Assembly (NCBI GenBank): GCA_973895155.1
Contig: OZ316898.1
Span: 21,029,292 to 21,093,291, forward strand
From: Marsupella aquatica
Taxonomy: Eukaryota > Plantae > Marchantiophyta
Direction of reading: 5' to 3'
DNA length: 64,000 nucleotides
Below are positions 62,701-64,000 of the stretch, piece after piece. Under the pieces are notes generated by a model that did no database searches, had not been told where the DNA came from, and saw only the letters and a list, made by a program, of their open reading frames with translations. Position numbers and translations under genes: made by a program. Each line of letters starts with the position of its first letter. Position 1 is the first letter of the stretch.

Positions 62701-64000
62701 CACTCCCCGAGTGATTGCCGAAGTGTTTGGCTTGCCGATGGGCAACAAGACCAAAGTGGATACCAGGAAGACCTTGCCTGACAAGGAGTTCCGATCGTTC
62801 CCAGGGTCATCAACAAAGAATGGCTTCTTTCAGAACACCTGCACCAACCCACACATTGGAGAGATGATCAATTTCTTGTGGGTGACCATGCATTGTAACT
62901 TGCCGAGGGCAGAGATCGGCAAGGCACAGGTCTACCTGGCGGAGAGGCCAAACCCAAGCCGAGACTACAACGGGTACCTCCTCACCCAACTAAAGAAGAT
63001 CTTGAAGGAGGAACAGCAGGTCATCGGCATGGGAAGCGTGTCCTGGCTTGGCTATCACATGCCGCTGTTATGCCGGTATGCCCAAAGTCAGATCTTTGCC
63101 CCAGTACTTCCCCAGTAGGCAAGGTCACTAGAGGAAGTTCCGGAACAGAGGCCGGTAGCAGAGAAACCCAACCAGCCCGCCAGTCCTACAATCAAGCAGG
63201 TGTTTCGGCCAAGGAAAGAAGACTTGCCAATGCAGCAACCCGACATGCAGATTCTACTGAAATTACTGGAGAAGGAGAAGAGGACGGCAACGGCACCAGT
63301 ATAGGACACTTCCCCAGAAGTCGGCCTAAGCCAACTTACCAGGGAAAACCCCTTTACCAGGGCCAAGGAGAGGAGGAGGCCGGAACACGAGCCGGGAGTT
63401 TGAATGTATGTGGGAGCCTCAAGCCCCAAATCCGAGGTAGAGCAGCCTAAGGCTCCTGCCCACGGTAAATAGAGGGAGAAGACAGCCTGGAGGTCGGAGG
63501 AGGAACCAGGGCCTGTGAGCTGTGAGGCCATTTTCATGGCAAGACCAGGAGAACAAAGGGGGAAGCCGGTAGTCCAAGCAGCGGAGGAGCCGGTAGAAGA
63601 CTACAACCATGACGACTCTGGCTACGGGTCGGACCATCATGTTCCAGGAATAAGGACCTGTGGCCGGTTTATCCCCACGCTTCCCAGAGTCGTTAGAGGG
63701 GACCCCACCCAACAGAGTAGCCCCGAGTCTCCCCCAACAGATGTCGCTCCCCCGAGCTTTGACGGCATAAAACAGACGGCACAAGAGTTTCAAGAGCGAC
63801 TCAAGGAGGAAGAGAAGGCAGCCTTGGCTAGAGAGAAAGATTTACCAGGAGGAGATTGGCCAGAGGACATCAGGCGGCTTGCCAAAAAAAGAAGCAACCC
63901 TCTAGCCATGATTGAAGAGATCCGCAAGGCGGCTTGGGAACAGAGGCCGCGGTGGTTAATGCCGATGACTTCTACTTACTCCACCTATGCTAAGGATAGA
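59732..64000 (+). mobile_element. Second CACTA element, left end (extent beyond ~60100 uncertain)
   Basis: CACTAGTAGAAACCGCCCC followed by TGACC/AGTCAT subterminal motifs (59750-60050). Predicted TSD CTA. Confidence 0.65.
61559..64000 (+). mobile_element. Unclassified TG..CA element, copy D (runs off the window; ORF disrupted)
   Basis: Starts TGTGATGCCTAGCCTGGAATCAC and is nearly identical to copy C over the 5' end and ORF. Left flank GACTC (61554-61558). Confidence 0.92.

Overview
TE-dense land-plant genomic DNA; the PLS-PPR-DYW style suggests a bryophyte (inference). The only clear host gene is a PLS-class PPR-E-DYW RNA-editing factor on the minus strand (49425-52895) with a largely single-exon CDS. 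The rest is nested mobile DNA: a large degenerate CACTA/En-Spm element (~8481-41741) with a palindrome-bearing 578-bp internal satellite, a 5'-truncated Bianca-type Ty1/copia, a 2.9-kb solo LTR, a decayed Gypsy-type gag, and a second CACTA end. The most notable feature is an unclassified 4.1-4.7 kb element in four copies (3901-8010, 15436-20094, 23391-30727, 61559->end) plus an older fragment (47500-48190). Each complete copy has TGTG...CACA-like ends (exact in copy B, slightly mutated in A and C) and its own 5-bp target-site duplication, the footprint of an LTR integrase. It has no terminal direct repeats and no gag, RT, integrase or transposase. Instead it carries one ~1200-codon ORF (plant-mobile-domain-like core, long coiled coil, NLS) and a 3' region of conserved, covarying hairpins. 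It is best read as a giant protein-coding solo LTR or a new integrase-mobilised cargo element. All domain calls come from reading motifs by eye; no database search was run.
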